The position numbers and the translations under genes are program-made. 64,000 nucleotides of DNA from Desulfomonilia bacterium. Lineage in GTDB: Bacteria > Desulfobacterota > Desulfomonilia > UBA1062. A model generated the notes under the pieces. It saw only the letters and a list, made by a program, of their open reading frames with translations. It searched no databases and had not been told where the DNA came from. Within the stretch, counting starts at the first letter, position 1. Each line of letters starts with the position of its first letter. The stretch covers positions 128,001-192,000 of the forward strand of contig JBEKDT010000008.1 in the NCBI GenBank assembly GCA_050014195.1. Reading direction: 5' to 3'. Of this stretch, positions 40,901-48,530 are shown one piece after another.

Positions 40901-40957
40901 GATATATGGTATGGAACACCAGAATACTATAGGTTGAAAGTACCGGATCAGCCCTAA
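34961..40957 (+). CDS. Secreted RHS/YD-repeat toxin, fused TcB-TcC-like architecture (SpvB-N, FG-GAP, YD, RHS core) with C-terminal NlpC/P60-like domain
   Basis: Signal peptide; GAAEYTIPI...YSSQSGNGLLGLGW; repeated GDFNGDGxxD; YD repeats; HKDHLGS, HMGARIYDP, NPLRYVDPTG; tip LGQPYSKYDCSHLV...GDIELF...HEGFY. Confidence 0.92.
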   Translation: MLRRGQVFGLIGTVLLSIFLAIGLFATGANQLAGYTPGSFQVNELNGAAEYTIPIKTPVGIKGIEPHLSLKYSSQSGNGLLGLGWYLTGIPVITRRSTVNMRDGITHSVSYDTNDRFAINGNTLICVSGTYGQDGSVYRTERDEFSKIISYGTAGVGPSYFKVWTKDGMIMEFGNTTDSKVLAVGRSDVAVWPMNKIQDRCGNYMTVSYSGNSSGEYYTSCINYAYSPTARCSVVFQYETRQDSMLSYANSSLVNMTDRLHAIQTYVGTQMISNYQLGYQYGGVAQRSRLISITEYDGSGNSLPPTTFTYNTNVLGFQPQIFDGIPSHNYTLSSALIGDFTGKGKAQLIIRINNIPLGTCDTFVCVDGKWNKWATDSWQNNPNSQYAQFFVGDFNGDGLTDMLVIDNNGNAWVYLSNGNGFNGPYQWSTDGKILQNPSSGNMITRTADFNGDGMTDIVSVDKVNKKTYVWTSNGSGFDFHPDWFPGDNPGNYSNFDIGDFNGDGMTDIIVVQQNPVVWFSTGTGFNYQPNYGNLGQYANNGWMIWDMNGDGRADVCCLTNNNLINLSSGFGFPYSSSSNGPTYHDQQGDFNGDGVQDGIEVVSGNVLWGIPNSYNVSIWNGHGYVDYQWTVNGIPIATTAISPADFTGCGKAEVCIEDVNNRFIFIVPQDPTKEDIITSITDGLGKAVSITYKPLTDSSVYQKNHDAMYPIIRDYRGPIYVVSDYTVSNGLGGVNAYTYNYTGARIDTARRELLGFQSATLYDHQTGLYTSSTYLQGFPFSGLLKSKSITDSKGNIISSIANSYNVQCYDSGTLTETKSEDQATEWFIYEGPDKPSKSYFPYVSTSVKDDYLLTKSATPVTITEEVYSYLDYGDLQQKVTTVSTLVGSNTYDNFQETDTYQYYANDYGTNWMIGLVSQQTIQSTNNQNVTATRTTSYSYDTTHRLLTTETIEPSGDQTVNLTRSYAYNDAYFNLTQITETGYNGSATENRVTSFSYTYDPVEFHITKTNPAGLVEINDCGWETGKPTTYTDPNGLATDWYYDNFNRLEEIDRPDGTKTTFTYSSGGPVTTAAYSLQVQESGKAPVTTSFDLLDREIYQQTLAMNSQTISKYTNYNNLGLVAAKSRYYFSGGNAQVTQFTYDVLGRVIQQNAYNSGTTTYTYNLNGYNNVQLTNALSQTAVQTSNARGQLSQVVDALSKTTTYAYTPFGDLQQIKDSLGNTTTLTYDIRGRRTQVNDPDMGAWIYAYNAFGDLTSQTDAKANIVQMTYDKLSRVLTKISGSQNYSWTYDTATNGKGMPANVTGPAYQETYTYDSLARPQNVSTTLSGTTYTVTSSYDAYSRLSQLTYPSSGSSRFSAVYQYTANGYLQKVTSSSGITVYWTANTRNALGQVTEEALGNSLVTDNTFDPATGRLTAITTGSSVQSLSYTYDTLGNLLTREDNLKSLTETFTYDVANRVTGVTGPQNKTYSYNEIGNILNKSDVGAYTYGGTRPHAVTAAGGVNYTYDNNGNIISDSSGRNISFDGFNRPTQITKTGASGTLVYDAYDCLVEQILTKGSTTTTTIYIGNLFEQVTTGSVTEYKNYILAEGQQVATCDYYKGQGDHYIFYLHKDHLGSTDVTTNSSGGVVDGLSYDPFGMRRNATTWMDQAGITCSTTDYGYTGHIQLDTFGLIHMGARIYDPKLGRYISPDNVVQNVADSQALNRYSYCANNPLRYVDPTGNDFLDDLYNGACDLFSSGLDYLAAGFGSLNEYLTSLITPQPTLDLNSTLGLSSNSASTNTSFSSNLQQALSNAAAQAIDLGLQAATTAPSPEQSTQNVAATTTISTQVIPPPLLLAAANTGIANDANPAIYMNQSAQIAENQPTGTILADQGSNLINIAEGLLGQPYSKYDCSHLVWAVINMAGYYFPYTQTTNLPNSGLIDKIDPSQAQIGDIELFRHADGTPYHEGFYNPNSTAIGWQDNEQYPATLLQSSAKRGVSYSPDIWYGTPEYYRLKVPDQP

Positions 40958-40994
40958 ATAATTTGTAATTACTTTAGATAAGGAGAACTAAGCC

Positions 40995-41594
40995 ATGTAT
41001 AAATTTAATTTTAATAGTCTATTAAGGACTGTAGTCTATTTGATTGTATTTGTTTTTTATACGCATGGAATACCTTTGTGGGGATCTACATCTCCATCAG
41101 ATATTGTTAGTAAATATTGTAAGCTTGATTATAATGGGGAAAGAACACCAATTGGGGATATTAATAAAATGGATGACTATATGAAGGATGGTAAAGATTA
41201 TGATGAGCCAGGGTGGGATAGGTTTATAATAGTCTCTGAATATAAAGTATTAGAGGAAAATTATAATGGGGATGGAACTGTTACTATTCCTGTAGAGTAC
41301 ACAATATTAGCCACTTTGAATAGTTCTCCACAACTCGTTTTGGAACAAAAAAAGAATATCAAAGTTGAAAACATTACATTAGTTAAAGTGAACGATACAT
41401 GGAAGATCAAGAAATATATCATTTTCCCAAGGATCTCACCAGGCAGCGCTATTAAGCTGGTAAATGGATGGTGTAATGAAATTAAGAATAAGAGCATATA
41501 TCAAGGAGAAAAGCTCGATAATAAAAGAAAAAATGATCTATTATATAACCTGAATGATATGATTAAAAAAATTAATAGACTTGATAGTAATTAA
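40995..41594 (+). CDS. Probable exported immunity protein for the RHS toxin
   Basis: AAGGAG RBS, 37 nt after the toxin stop, very AT-rich like the toxin tip, hydrophobic N-terminal signal/anchor. Confidence 0.7.
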   Translation: MYKFNFNSLLRTVVYLIVFVFYTHGIPLWGSTSPSDIVSKYCKLDYNGERTPIGDINKMDDYMKDGKDYDEPGWDRFIIVSEYKVLEENYNGDGTVTIPVEYTILATLNSSPQLVLEQKKNIKVENITLVKVNDTWKIKKYIIFPRISPGSAIKLVNGWCNEIKNKSIYQGEKLDNKRKNDLLYNLNDMIKKINRLDSN

Positions 41595-41674
41595 CCCAAC
41601 AACAAAAAAACTAGCCTTAGCCTGTCATGTTCCGCCCCGGACGTGCACGGCCCGCTGTCATGCAAGCTGCTTTC

Positions 41675-41809
41675 TTTTTACATAACGCAGCATGATTATC
41701 CGCTCTTGTCCCTTCGTTATGTCCCGTGCAGCTCAGGGGGAGCATCTTAAGCAGGCCAGCATGGGCAATGCCGCAGTTCCAATTGCCGCTAACCCGCGTT
41801 ATGCAAAAG
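41675..41809. other. Inverted pair of Xer/dif-like sites (fold-back att candidate 1)
   Basis: Minus AGAGCGGATAA-TCATGCTGCG-TTATGTAAAAA (41675-41706); plus ATTGCCGCTAA-CCCGCG-TTATGCAAAAG (41782-41809); outer 13-bp inverted repeat with one mismatch. Confidence 0.5.
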
Positions 41810-42334
41810 GCCTCACCTTCCTCGCCAGCGGGCCACAAAACTCGTAGCAAGACAATCTTAAAGTCCTTCAGTTGTCGATCTCCTGTTGGAAGTCTGTACG
41901 TGATGATGGGGAAGCCTTATTGTATGCACTCGGAATACTCACACACCCAACGCAATGGTTGCAAGAATGGTAAATCTCTTTTCTCAGTAAAAGATTTATT
42001 TCATCAACAGTGAATATAGCTTTATAAGATTTCAATAACCCTTGGCGTCTAGGAAAGTGCATATAAGCACATGAATCATAAATGTGAGTATTGCGTGAGT
42101 ATCGATAGCTGTAATGGATGATAGCTTTTTTGATCTCACAAAAGTTATGGTCTGTAAAACATATCTACTAAAGATTCCAGCCTCATCTTGGGATGAAGAT
42201 CCTCACTATATGCACTTTGTCTGATGCCAAATTTGTATAGAGCGCGCATGGAGGTTTTCGTGCATTGACAAAACTCACTTGTCTAGATCTCTGGTTAGTC
42301 ATTATTGAAGATTACAGCAAATATGCAGGTGAGT

Positions 42335-42464
42335 AAAAAAGACCGGACCGCATTGACACAGCCCGGTATAAAAAGAAGGTTATAGCCCTTACCTGGCAAT
42401 GATGAAGGATACCGAGAAGGGCTTAACTGATATCCATTTATAAGGACCATCTTAAGGAATGCAA
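42335..42464 (-). ncRNA. Candidate small RNA, copy 1 (promoter, hairpin, anti-SD-like tract, terminator)
   Basis: TTGCAT-16-TATAAA, AGCCCTT/AAGGGCT stem, AACCTTCTTT, ACCGGGCTGTG-TCAA-TGCGGTCCGGT plus T6; paralog of 42631-42762. Confidence 0.6.
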
Positions 42465-42546
42465 ACTGCGGGGTTTGAGGCTGAACCGGCTTTTGACTTA
42501 ACTCATCTAAAAATTAGTATTATAACCTTTCTTAACTTTTATCTAG

Positions 42547-42578
42547 AAGGCCGGTCATGTTAGGTTTGGACCGGCCTT
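42547..42578. terminator. Hairpin between the two sRNA candidates (possible terminator)
   Basis: AAGGCCGGTC-12 nt-GACCGGCCTT perfect 10-bp stem; only a short T tract. Confidence 0.45.
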
Positions 42579-42630
42579 TGTATTAATAGCCCTGAAAAGT
42601 CTCCATAAATTGGCCCATAATGACTACCAC

Positions 42631-42762
42631 AAAAAAAGGCCGGACCGTATTGACACAGCCCGGCATTAATTAAAGGAGGTTAGAAACCTTACCCGGCAAG
42701 GATGCCGAGCAGGCTTTTACCTTATGATATGGCGTTATATAGATCAACTTTGAGGAATGCAA
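42631..42762 (-). ncRNA. Candidate small RNA, copy 2 (promoter, hairpin, anti-SD tract, terminator)
   Basis: TTGCAT-17-TATAAC, GCTCGGCA-TCCT-TGCCGGGT hairpin, AACCTCCTTT, GCCGGGCTGTG-TCAA-TACGGTCCGGC plus T7. Confidence 0.65.
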
Positions 42763-42938
42763 CCACAACGATTCTATGCGGTCTTCTTAGGCTTCCTGGG
42801 GTGAAGATCCTATGAAGATCTATCACAGAGATCTTCACTCTTGGGATTGATAATCTTCAAGTTAAATATTAAAACTAGGTCGAGACTTCCGACTGGTTAT
42901 TGAGTACTGTTACTTCTTATATGCGCATGGAGAACTCT

Positions 42939-45515
42939 ATGAAGTCATCAATCAGTAATGAAAATCATTTGGCAGTGCTGAAAATTGTAGGAGCTTATAT
43001 TTTTTTCGGTATCCTCTGGATTTACCTTTCAGATTCCATTCTCGGTTGGATTGTACATGATATAGCTCTGATGACTAGTATTGCTATGTTCAAAGGGATA
43101 CTATTCATCGTTATAACAGGAATCCTTCTTTTTTATCTCATTGCCCGACATGACCTAAAATTTAAAGTGGCCGAGGAACAACTTAAAGAGAGCGAGGAGC
43201 GCTATCGGAATATCCTCGAAAACATAGAAGAGACATACTACGAGGTGGACATGGAAGGGAGATTCACATTTTTCAATCCATCCATGACAAGGACCTATGG
43301 TTATACTAAAGATGAGCTCATGGGTACAAGTTACAAGATAGCCATGGATAAGGAGGACATTGAAAAGGTGTTTAATGCCTTCCACCAGGTCTATGTCACT
43401 GGAGAGACAATAAAGGGGATAGACTGGAAGCTCAGAAACAAGAACGGCAAGGAAGTTTATGTGGAAGCCTCTGTCTCTCTCCGCAGGGATTCCCAGGGTA
43501 ACCCAATAGGTTTCAAAGGAGTAACCCGAGACATAACTGAACGACAGCAAGTGGAAGAGGCCCTTAAGAAAAGTGAAGAGCGTTACCGTTTCCTTGCTGA
43601 TAATGCCCATGACGTTATATGGACTTTTGACCTCAACTCGGGCTTCACTTATATGAGCCCATCGGTTAAGCAGCTGAGAGGATTTAGTGTAGATGAAGCC
43701 ATGAAACAGGGTCTTGATCAAACCCTCACTCCGGACTCGTATAATAAGGCCATGGAGATGTTAGAGGTGGAGATACGCCTTGAAATGAATGGAGAACGAC
43801 ATGATCCTGATTGGTCAAAAACCTTCGAACTTGAACAGTTCAGGAAAGACGGTTCAACAGTCTGGACAGAAGTCATGGTGAATTTGATTTATGATGAAAT
43901 AAGTGGGGTCAAGGGGATTATGGGTATCACCCGTGATATTACAGAGCGCAAGCGTGCAGAAGAGTCACTACGTGAAAGCGAAGCAAAATATCGATTCCTC
44001 TTGGAAAATATGACCGATATGGTCTGGACAACCGATCTGAATTTATTCGTTACCTATGTAGGCCCATCTATTGAGAAGATCTTAGGATACACACCAGATG
44101 AGCGTATCGGCCATAAAACATCAGAGCTCATGACCCCAGAATCACTTGCCAACGCCATGGAAGTTTTGAGTTCGGAATTGGAACGCGATAATGAGGAGGG
44201 AGTCGATCCCAACAGAACGGTAACGTTTGAGACTGTATACTATCACAAGAATGGATCGATTGTCTGGTTCGAGAATACAGCAAGTCCGATACGGGACAAC
44301 TCCGGCAGGATTGTCGGGATATATGGTGTTTCCCGCGATATCACGGATCGAAAGAGGGTGGAGGAGGAAAAGAAGAGACTCGAAGCTCAACTGGTGCAAG
44401 CGCAGAAAATGGAATCCATAGGTACTCTGGCAGGCGGCATTGCTCATGACTTCAACAACCTTCTCACCGGGATTCTTGGTAATGTATCATTGGCCCTCAT
44501 GAGAATGGATGAAAGCAATCCTATCCGTGAGCGGCTGAAAAATGTTGAGGAATATGTTCAACGCGGTTCTGACCTGACGAAGCAGTTGCTCGGTTTTGCC
44601 AGGGGTGGAAAGTATGAGGTTAAACCTACCAATCTTGGTGAGTTCATACTGAAAAGCTCTGAGATGTTCGGCAGGACTAAGAAGGAGATCCGCATTCACC
44701 ACAAGGCCCAGGAGGGCCTCTGGACTGTGGAGGTGGACCGTGGTCAGATGGAGCAGGTATTCCTCAACCTTTTTGTGAATGCCTGGCAGGCCATGGCTGA
44801 TGGGGGCGACCTCTATATCTCGGTTGCAAATGTTGAATTGAATGAAATCGAGGTAAGTCCATACGATCTAAAGCCAGGTAAATTCGTGAAAATAATGGTA
44901 ACCGATACCGGGATAGGCATGGATGAGACAACCAAAGTACGGATCTTCGAGCCGTTCTTCACCACAAAGGAGCGAGGACGGGGAACAGGTCTTGGTCTGG
45001 CATCAGTATACGGGATCGTCAAGAATCACGGTGGATTTATCGATGTTGAGAGCGAAAAGGACATTGGCACCTCCTTCATGATCTATCTGCCTGCTTCGGA
45101 GAAGGAACTTGAGGATATAGACCGTCCAAAGGACGAAGTCCAGATGGGGCGGGAAACCATACTGCTCATCGATGACGAGGAAATGATCATCGATATTGGG
45201 TCCGAGATGCTTGAGAGTCTTGGTTATAAGGTGATATCAGCAATCGGTGGGAGGTCTGGTTTACAGATATATGAAAAAGACCGTGATAAGATTGACCTGG
45301 TGATCCTTGACATGATCATGCCTGATTTCACTGGGAAAGAAACATTTGACGCTCTGCGTAGGATTAACCAATCAGTGTGTGTACTTCTCTCAAGCGGGTA
45401 CAGCCTCGACAGCCAAGCAGAAGAGATCATGCAAAGCGGTTGTAAAGGATTCATTCAGAAACCCTTCACCATGGTGGAATTTTCAAAAAAAATCAGAAGT
45501 ATCTTGGATCAGTGA
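42939..45515 (+). CDS. Hybrid sensor histidine kinase (2 TM, 3 PAS/PAC, HisKA, HATPase, receiver)
   Basis: Three DIT(E/D)R PAC ends, AHDFNNLL, NAWQA, DTGIG, FEPFFTTK, IDDEE...LDMIMP...KPF; GGAG RBS before ATG 42939. Confidence 0.95.
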   Translation: MKSSISNENHLAVLKIVGAYIFFGILWIYLSDSILGWIVHDIALMTSIAMFKGILFIVITGILLFYLIARHDLKFKVAEEQLKESEERYRNILENIEETYYEVDMEGRFTFFNPSMTRTYGYTKDELMGTSYKIAMDKEDIEKVFNAFHQVYVTGETIKGIDWKLRNKNGKEVYVEASVSLRRDSQGNPIGFKGVTRDITERQQVEEALKKSEERYRFLADNAHDVIWTFDLNSGFTYMSPSVKQLRGFSVDEAMKQGLDQTLTPDSYNKAMEMLEVEIRLEMNGERHDPDWSKTFELEQFRKDGSTVWTEVMVNLIYDEISGVKGIMGITRDITERKRAEESLRESEAKYRFLLENMTDMVWTTDLNLFVTYVGPSIEKILGYTPDERIGHKTSELMTPESLANAMEVLSSELERDNEEGVDPNRTVTFETVYYHKNGSIVWFENTASPIRDNSGRIVGIYGVSRDITDRKRVEEEKKRLEAQLVQAQKMESIGTLAGGIAHDFNNLLTGILGNVSLALMRMDESNPIRERLKNVEEYVQRGSDLTKQLLGFARGGKYEVKPTNLGEFILKSSEMFGRTKKEIRIHHKAQEGLWTVEVDRGQMEQVFLNLFVNAWQAMADGGDLYISVANVELNEIEVSPYDLKPGKFVKIMVTDTGIGMDETTKVRIFEPFFTTKERGRGTGLGLASVYGIVKNHGGFIDVESEKDIGTSFMIYLPASEKELEDIDRPKDEVQMGRETILLIDDEEMIIDIGSEMLESLGYKVISAIGGRSGLQIYEKDRDKIDLVILDMIMPDFTGKETFDALRRINQSVCVLLSSGYSLDSQAEEIMQSGCKGFIQKPFTMVEFSKKIRSILDQ

Positions 45516-45798
45516 ATATTTGATAGGGGTATTCTTATATTTGTGAGTTCTTATACCAGAAGCGAGGAGAGGAAAGTAAAGATTTCTTGCCAAAATCAAA
45601 GCGTTGGCCATACTGAAGATTTCTAAACATTATATTTACTCGTAGACGAACAAGATGAAGTAACGATCTATAAGCACATGAAGCTCGAATCATAATACAC
45701 ATAACTGTAATGGATAGCAGCTTTTTACAGCTCCTGAAAATTAGGATATCCAAGATATATGGGAAAAGGTGAACAGAGTCCACCCATTCCCTTTTGAG

Positions 45799-46635
45799 CT
45801 AGCAATACAAATTGTCAATCCATCGAGAAGCCTCTTTATCAGTGACCTTACCAAGATATCTTTGTGTGGTTGATAGATTTGCATGGCGAAGAATGACCTT
45901 GCTCACTATCTCGATAGGAACTCCTGATCTAGAGGCATATGTTGCTGCATGCCTTCTCAAATCATGCGGCTTGAGAGATATGCCGACCAATTCTCCTGCC
46001 CTGTGGACCAATGCCCTGGCAGCTACATACGTGATAGGGAAGATACGCTTGTCAGGCTCGATCTTTTTTATGGACACGTACTCTTTTAGCCTTTCAGCAA
46101 GTTTCTGAGGAATGTATACCAGTTCATATTCTCTGCCACTTTTCGGGCTTCTCAAAATAAGCTTCTGATCAATAATATCTGTAGGAGTCAGCTTTAGAAC
46201 TTCACTGATCCTCATGCCTCCACGGGCCATCAACTCAAGCATGAGCCGATTTCGTGCATTAGTAGTCCTGAAGATCACCTCATCGACCACCTCTTTTTCT
46301 AGTATATCCCAATGTACAGATTCCGGATGTCTGAAGATTCGCTTGAACATAGGGGTATCGCAGGGGTTGGTAAAATCATGGTCAATATTGCTCCTGATGA
46401 AGTTGAAGAAGGATCTGACGTTCGAATATCGGGATCGCTTCGTCCTTTGCTTCGTTCCCTCGCACAGCTGATTGAGGAATGTGAGCATCTCTTCTGAGGT
46501 AAGAGATGCCAAGTCCCTTCCTTCGAAATGATCTTGAAGCTTTCCAAGGACATATTCATAAGCCCTTATCGTATTTTCCCTGGAATTCGACCTGTGGTAC
46601 TCCATACAGACATTGATACCTTGCGATAATAACAT
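45799..46635 (-). CDS. Xer-sized tyrosine recombinase (278 aa, core-binding plus catalytic domain)
   Basis: GMRISE, PKSG, PHDLRRH, LRHAN, QRYL; no arm-binding domain; GAGAGG RBS. Confidence 0.9.
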   Translation of the reverse strand: MLLSQGINVCMEYHRSNSRENTIRAYEYVLGKLQDHFEGRDLASLTSEEMLTFLNQLCEGTKQRTKRSRYSNVRSFFNFIRSNIDHDFTNPCDTPMFKRIFRHPESVHWDILEKEVVDEVIFRTTNARNRLMLELMARGGMRISEVLKLTPTDIIDQKLILRSPKSGREYELVYIPQKLAERLKEYVSIKKIEPDKRIFPITYVAARALVHRAGELVGISLKPHDLRRHAATYASRSGVPIEIVSKVILRHANLSTTQRYLGKVTDKEASRWIDNLYC

Positions 46636-46719
46636 GTTGCACCTCTCATTCTTTATTTTAATTGTTTATCGGGAGGTGCTCCTGATGAAGAACAAACCTA
46701 AAGACTTCATGAATGATGG

Positions 46720-46855
46720 GTCTTACATAATTCATCAATGTTATGATCTTCTGGTTATATCTAAAAGGGTTGTGGATCTTATTTTGATTTGGGTGTCCTC
46801 ACGATACCTGGACTATAGTGGATTATTCCGCAGTTCTTTATTAATTATATGGGAT
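46720..46855. other. Inverted pair of Xer/dif-like arms (fold-back att candidate 2) upstream of the recombinase
   Basis: Minus GAAGATCATAA-CATTGATGAA-TTATGTAAGAC (46720-46751); plus-strand partner arm TTATATGGGAT (46845-46855); partner inner arm degenerate. Confidence 0.4.
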
Positions 46856-46954
46856 GTCACAATAAAATCCAAAGATCATTTGTTTCCATGCTGAGTTATA
46901 GAGTTAAATATTTGTATTAAGGACCGTACATTTTCTATCCGGTTGCTATTGCAA

Positions 46955-47599
46955 TCACCCCTCAGGATATGCAATCTCAGGCCCAATCCAGGGGTCAGGC
47001 GGCCCTATGAGCACAAATGGCATTGGGTTATATTTGCCCATTGTTATGGTGAGCCTTCCGATGCCGAGATAAAGCTTGTCGTTAACCTTGCGAACTTCAT
47101 CCGTCATGGTATTGGTATAGAACGTATTGTAGTCCCTGTAGCGGAGCTGGAATGAAGGCCTGCCATCGAATACTGATGAGACCATGGAGGTTTTGTTCAA
47201 CATGATGCGGGCCAACCTCTGGGGGGAATTCAGACGGAAGAGTGACCGTACGAGACTGACAATTTTCATGAAGCTTGCCACAAAGTAGTTTTCATACAAT
47301 TTGGCCTGTGTAGTGATGAAGGTATTGTAGCCATGGCCGTGCATATCGCCGAGAGGCTCGAAGGCCTTGTGCTGCCAGTCTCCCCAAGTAAAATGGAGAT
47401 AAAGCTTGGCCAGAAACATGTTGATAATATAGCCGTTCTCAAGAAGAGCGGCACGGTATTCTCCATGCATCTCGGACATGGGCGGTGCATCGAGCTGAAG
47501 GAACAGCGCCATGAGCTGTTTCCTGTCCAGTTTCATGAGATCCTCATAAATATAATCTTTCAAAGGCTTCCCCATATAATTCTCAATTGCCATCGTCAT
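46955..47599 (-). CDS. Hypothetical protein, last gene of the SDR cluster
   Basis: AAGGAGG RBS; LFLQLDAP, WQHKAF and DEVRKVNDKLYLG motifs suggest a small beta-barrel protein; function not assignable. Confidence 0.75.
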   Translation of the reverse strand: MTMAIENYMGKPLKDYIYEDLMKLDRKQLMALFLQLDAPPMSEMHGEYRAALLENGYIINMFLAKLYLHFTWGDWQHKAFEPLGDMHGHGYNTFITTQAKLYENYFVASFMKIVSLVRSLFRLNSPQRLARIMLNKTSMVSSVFDGRPSFQLRYRDYNTFYTNTMTDEVRKVNDKLYLGIGRLTITMGKYNPMPFVLIGPPDPWIGPEIAYPEG

Positions 47600-47689
47600 C
47601 CTCCTTATTGTTTTTCTGTTGTTCTATATGACAAAGAAGATTCAGCTGTAACGTCTTGAACATCAAACCTGTGATCATACCCGGGGACC

Positions 47690-48463
47690 TCAGCATCCTG
47701 CTATTTTCTTATAGATGTAGCGTGTGATGAACTGCGGCTGCTTGGTCCCCGATGCAGTCAATATTCTCCAGAAGAGGGTGTCTACATGCCAGTGCACGAG
47801 GAACTTCATATTTAGCTTCACGGCCCTCGAGATCGTTTTCACCACATCCTCGGTCGTCAGATTTATCCCGACGCGCCTAGAGACAATGCTGCTGCATTTC
47901 TCCATCATGGGTGTATCCACAAAGTTCGGCCAGATTGCGCATACATAGATGCCGTGTTTTTGCCATTCGATACTTAATGCCTCGGTGAATCCCCGTACGA
48001 AAAACTTTGAAGCGGAATAGGTAACTTCCGTTGGTACTCCATAATTCGCTGCCTGTGAACATAGATTGACAAGGGTGCCTCGGGCATCCTTCAGGTAAGG
48101 AAACGCATGGTAGGCGCAGTTCAGCATGCCCCTGTTATTGACATCGATAATGGCGTGATGGTTGGATATGGGCTGATCCTCAAAGGGCTCCATCCAGGCA
48201 ATACCTGCATTATTGATAAAAAGGTCGATCTTTCCTCCTGTCGTTTTCGAGAAGTCGGCAATTACTTCTGCAACCTTTATTTCATCCCTTACATCCAAGA
48301 AGGCAGAATAGGCGATCTTGTCGCCTAAATCCTTCTTGAAAGATTCCAGTGCGGGTTCATTGATGTCAGTGATGCCAACATGCCAGCCTCTGTCTGCATA
48401 ATGGATCGCAACGGCCTTTCCTATGCCCATGGCTGCTCCGGTGACAAAAACGCACTTTTTCAT
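47690..48463 (-). CDS. Short-chain dehydrogenase/reductase
   Basis: TGAAMGIG, NNAG, YSASK. Confidence 0.93.
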   Translation of the reverse strand: MKKCVFVTGAAMGIGKAVAIHYADRGWHVGITDINEPALESFKKDLGDKIAYSAFLDVRDEIKVAEVIADFSKTTGGKIDLFINNAGIAWMEPFEDQPISNHHAIIDVNNRGMLNCAYHAFPYLKDARGTLVNLCSQAANYGVPTEVTYSASKFFVRGFTEALSIEWQKHGIYVCAIWPNFVDTPMMEKCSSIVSRRVGINLTTEDVVKTISRAVKLNMKFLVHWHVDTLFWRILTASGTKQPQFITRYIYKKIAGC

Positions 48464-48530
48464 AACTCCCCCTATGTTATCAACCCCAGCTGATCCAGAT
48501 CACTTTTAAACAGTCTTAAATGTTGCTCAT

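Noticed and set aside
42335-42762. The duplicated unit as a CRISPR array, riboswitch or plus-strand small-ORF promoter
   Set aside because: Only two long diverged copies, no cas genes, no aptamer consensus I recognise, and no start codon at a usable distance after the plus-strand AAGGAGG
45684-45711. TCGAATCATAA-TACACA-TAACTGTAATG downstream of the 278-aa recombinase as a partner site
   Set aside because: Only one arm (ATCATAA) matches the 46720 site; too weak
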